Origin: Botryllus schlosseri
Lineage: Eukaryota
Assembly (NCBI GenBank): GCA_051294905.1
Contig: CM119379.1
Span: 22,444,001-22,508,000 of the forward strand
Reading direction: 5' to 3'
Length of the DNA stretch: 64,000 bases
Every line of letters starts with the position of its first letter. Position 1 is the first letter of the stretch. The notes beneath the pieces are model-generated. The model saw only the letters and a program-made list of their open reading frames with translations. It did not search any database and had not been told where the DNA came from. The translations under genes were made by a program, and so were the position numbers. Below are positions 60,901 through 64,000 of the stretch, one piece after another.

Positions 60901-63900
60901 AAAGTTCTGAAAGTAAGATATATGTGGAATTCGTTTATTGTTGAAATAAAATAAGACTTAAGGTAACACCTACTTGGATATTTGCTATACCCGAGGGTAA
61001 CCGTGATTTCGGTCGGTATAGCTGACATCAAGTGCCGGTTCGGTCACTTCAACTTGTCAAATGTAATAGCTAATATGGATTCAGAAATTTTTTTAAACAA
61101 TATTATGATGTACTTGTGATTATTTTCTGTGGAAGAAATATTCATCAAAAAACAATATCCTCTATCTGAAACATAACGTCATCAAAATGCTTTTGTGATA
61201 ATATTACCAATGTCAATGTCTGCTACTTAAAATACCTACTATAACTGACTACTATAACTGATGGCCATATTTACCAAAGACCTATGAGTTAATTTAAGGG
61301 CGACATCCCTTCCCCCTACGCTCCAAAGCAATGGATTTGGTCACTATGACTTGTCCAGCTGAACAATTTCTTAGCATTTTCCGCTCCCTTTTCAAAGTAT
61401 GCGTGCTTTGCCCGCAGGATATTCGGAACACGTTCTTACCATTAATTGTGAATGAAGACTCTCAAGCGTCAGATGTTGGAAGTGGTAGCGGGGAGGATTC
61501 TACCGTTGATTCTGTTGTGCAACATTTTGTCGACACCCTGCAGGGTCACATAAACGGCACTCAGGATACTTTGGCAAATATGAAAACGGCCTTTGAGAGG
61601 ATGAGTAACAGGATAGTATATCAGGACAAAGAACTCGACAAAGTATCAATGTTTTTTCTTGAATCATTTTTCCACATTTGCAATAAACGAAATTTTCTCG
61701 CTTTCAGATAAATGCAGTTGAAACAGAGCTCAACACCAGTTTGATTGCACATGAGAAGAGCATCATAGATTTGATGGATCACACTGAGGTCGAAGCTAAT
61801 TGGACCAAAGCTATGCTTGAGTCTGCTTTCTCCTATCTCAATGCAACCAACCAAGATATGGCAGACATGATTCTTGCTGATCGTCATCACATTGATAGCC
61901 TTCAAAATGAGGTTTGTCATACCGATTTTCTTCATGTGGCCTGTTCACTTCTCGTGCAATGACAGATAAAATGACATCGGTCCTTAACAATTTGCTTGAC
62001 TTGCTTAATAATATTTCAGCTTGATGTTGAATTCAAGTACTTCAACGAAAGTATATCTTGGGCGTTTGCACGCATTGAGACAGTTGAATCTGACGCGGTT
62101 CGCTCCGATGTAGCTGTCAGATCTTTGTTGGCAGAAGCATGCAATGAATCAGCGCCGAACAGCAATGCGATTGAGCGAAGATTAACAATGGAAGTGGCAC
62201 GATTTCAAGAAGATCTAGACAAGGTATATTGTGCTCCTTATAAACCTTTCTCTGTGGAAATAGTATACTTTTTTAATGAAATGAAATCAATAGCAACTTA
62301 GCCCCAATAATCTGGCCAGATACTGCATATATTTACATCATCATTGGTTTCTTAACAATTTTATCAGTTCAATACATCACAAAAATGCGATTCAATGAAA
62401 GGATCGAAAGGTGTCGAAACGACTTGGAGTAGTCGATGGAATCAGACACCCACCTCGGCCTAGGCGATGCAAAGAGTAGACATGCACACCGAATGAAAAG
62501 TAAAAGAAGATAGTATAGTAATATATAACATGGCGGTAGATTTCTCATACGATACGCAATATAGATTTTATGCCCGTAATATTAGACCAGAGTTCTTTTA
62601 TGAGTATGCTGTATTTGCATATTTTGTCGATATCTGTTGAAATAACTTGTCCTTTTGTCACCCGATTTTAAAAATATTGGATGACTAATACTTACATGTA
62701 AAGTATTTGATTTTAACCACTAATTTCCAGAATCTACAGGTTTTCTGAGTCCTTCAGGTATAGCGTAGTGTCAATGACTGACAAAATGATACATGCTGAA
62801 TTGCTGATAGAGAGAGAGAGACAGAATCTTTATTCGTATGCATTACATATCAACATAACACTACAAAAATGTAACAATGAAATGCGACATGCTGGGTAGA
62901 CGGGAGGCTCGATATGACAAAGTCTTCAGAGCCGAGCCACCCAGGACATGATATACACAAATTCGACCTTTGCTTGTATTATACTACCTTCCTCCTAGAT
63001 TTCGGAAAACGGAAAGTCAAATTCAAAATTATTGCAAGAAACAGCGCTATTTTTGACTTCGATCAATCTCACGGTGGAAGAAATGCAGAATGCCATCGAA
63101 CAAAGAGTGGTGGACATGTTGGACACGATGCAAGATAACTCGGTTAAAATTGTTGCCCTGTCTCACTCGGCGAGGAATGCCAGCGTCAGACAGCATAATA
63201 TGTAAGCTGTACTATTTCACACACATCAGTGATTTCAGTGGGATCCCCTTATTTTCCATTGCAGTATTCATGTTTCATAGCAATTTCTGTTACTGTTAAT
63301 TTATTTTGTAGACTTTCCAAGCTTGATGAAATGGACGAAATTGTTGAATTCCTGCAGGCGCAGGGTGTTTCACATGACAATACCTTGCGGAGTATAGATA
63401 AGTCGCTTGAATCTTTGGTGTCTGCAGATCAGGTAAAAATACCATTTGAAGTATGGAGTCAGTCCTTTCTTGTCATTTTTAGCAATAAAAGTCAATTCTT
63501 CATAACATCTAAGCAACTTTATACCTCTTGAAAACTAAGTTAGCGGTATTACATACTGTTGCATAATATTTGCTGGTCAATTTGCCGTACTACAAATTTT
63601 ATATTGTGCATTTTAGCTTCACACATCATCTATTCACAATATCTCGGACATGGTTTTGCTGGATCGCTCTCAGATGGCAGATGCGATTCATAAAATTGAC
63701 TCTAATGTAAGTTATATAGTGCCAGTCGATATCACAAATGTTATTATAGCTTAGTTTTCTCGTTATAGAACCAACAAATTGCTGAACATAGGACCGCGAT
63801 ATCCACCCTACAAAATCAATCAATATATCAAGACAGTCAGATAGGAGCGCATGGGGTTGAGATTGAGCTACTTCAGACATTAGAAAAGCAATCATCAGAA

Positions 63901-63977
63901 TATGCTAGTACCATGTTGGGTATGATATCCGCTATGAGATACACAAACGGATCAAATTTGAAATCTGCAACGTTGAG
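42880..63977 (+). CDS. Gene B (3'-partial): tandem paralogue of gene A with signal peptide and coiled-coil rod
   Basis: Exons 42880-42984 (signal), 45649-45820, 46201-~46350, ~46962-47050, ~47547-47654, 47868-48396, 49902-~50149, ~50430-50650, ~50873-51394, ~51665-51828, ~53170-53394, ~53570-53725, ~54103-54243, ~55051-55200. From 55365 to ~63977 each exon is homologous to a gene A exon between 37 and ~13149, e.g. LESQGQSFALQVDTVKRIVDSNAAGLAQQYSQVN vs LESQGQSFAVQVDGVKRIVNSNAAGLAQQYSQVN. The gene presumably continues past 64000. Confidence 0.88.
43164..43205. repeat. 42-bp mini-palindrome
   Basis: TCAGGGATATATAG...CTATATATCCCTGA, 14-bp perfect inverted arms. Confidence 0.7.
43740..44191. mobile_element. 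CACTA/CMC-type MITE
   Basis: TIR CACTACAAAAAAAA/TTTTTTTTGTAGTG, candidate 2-bp TSD TT, subterminal GAGACCAA(A)TTTGTCTAA repeats. Confidence 0.75.
44480..44563 (-). repeat. Fragment of an AGTAGAAGT-rich repeat family (related pieces near 38125-38225 and 40085-40165)
   Basis: Reverse complement cagagctggttaaagtagtcaagtagaagtagaagcaacgtcataaacttttactc matches 40090-40160. Confidence 0.5.
49184..49718. mobile_element. hAT-type MITE family 1
   Basis: CACGGCTGTAA...TTACAACCCTG, TSD CTCTCAGT/CTCTTAGT (7/8). Confidence 0.88.
52100..52833 (+). mobile_element. 5'-truncated Penelope-like element: GIY-YIG endonuclease pseudo-ORF + terminal repeat
   Basis: ...HLPWIG...KDVLP..QQSNVVYEFKCHCDCGYVGRTSKRLQERINQH...SAIGKHLLDNP is a PLE-type GIY-YIG domain (VVY...YVG). 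It has a premature TGA at 52516-52518 and a 1-nt deletion near 52590 relative to the 54.4-kb copy. No RT region is present. Confidence 0.88.
52772..52805 (+). ncRNA. Minimal type I hammerhead ribozyme (intact consensus)
   Basis: ACCC-CUGACGA-G(UGUCAGC)C-GAAA-AUAU-UC-GGGU, with predicted cleavage 3' of C52801. It lies downstream of the PLE ORF, as described for Penelope pLTRs. Confidence 0.82.
54361..54787 (+). mobile_element. Penelope-like 3' fragment; hammerhead core intact (~54696-54726) but stem I disrupted
   Basis: Encodes PLKVDAEQSKAINTAIGKHLSGNPACTKNYRDNRFRILGRGRSHFHLCALESTFIKIHQRRLCQQKEFVYHLKIVH*, followed by the terminal repeat and full tail (attgaagttcggtacctccaagaagct). Confidence 0.85.
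62335..62525 (-). mobile_element. 3'UTR-only copy of the LINE family seen at 335-1125
   Basis: Reverse-complement match to 935-1125 (catcatcattggtttcttaacaattttatcagttcaatac...gacacccacctcggcctaggcgatg). Confidence 0.7.
62810..62970 (-). mobile_element. Probable retroelement 3' end with (TC)n tail
   Basis: gagagagagagacagaatctttatt reads as AATAAAG followed by (TC)n on the minus strand, like the tail at 27571-27610. Confidence 0.35.
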
Positions 63978-64000
63978 TGAATCTGATAATAAACCAATGA

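Noticed and set aside
1-64000. Assigning a species or gene symbol
   Set aside because: The features fit a compact marine-invertebrate genome such as a tunicate, but nothing in the sequence fixes the taxon and I do not recognise a named orthologue.

Overview
This is AT-rich animal (invertebrate-type) genomic DNA with short GT-AG introns, so the ORF track only shows exon fragments. The window holds two tandem, same-strand (+) paralogues of one giant multi-exon gene. Gene A is 5'-truncated and runs from <37 to its stop at 41306. It encodes roughly 3,900 aa (hand tally) of N-glycosylation-rich coiled coil, followed in one phase-consistent frame by a Pro/Thr linker, FN3, two MAM domains and a C-terminal C-type lectin domain. 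Gene B starts with a signal-peptide exon at 42880 and runs off the window end; its exons from 55365 onward match gene A exons from 37 onward one-for-one (51% and 70% aa identity in the two pairs counted). Combining the two predicts a secreted protein of about 5,500 aa: a very long glycosylated rod tipped with a MAM-MAM-lectin head, an architecture I do not recognise. The introns are dense with mobile DNA. A Penelope-like retroelement family (GIY-YIG remnants) has about 10 terminal-repeat copies carrying minimal type I hammerhead ribozymes, often as inverted pairs. There are also seven hAT-type elements with 8-bp TSDs, a CACTA-type MITE, a solo LTR, LINE 3' ends and a SINE. No tools were used; exon boundaries and tallies were read by eye.
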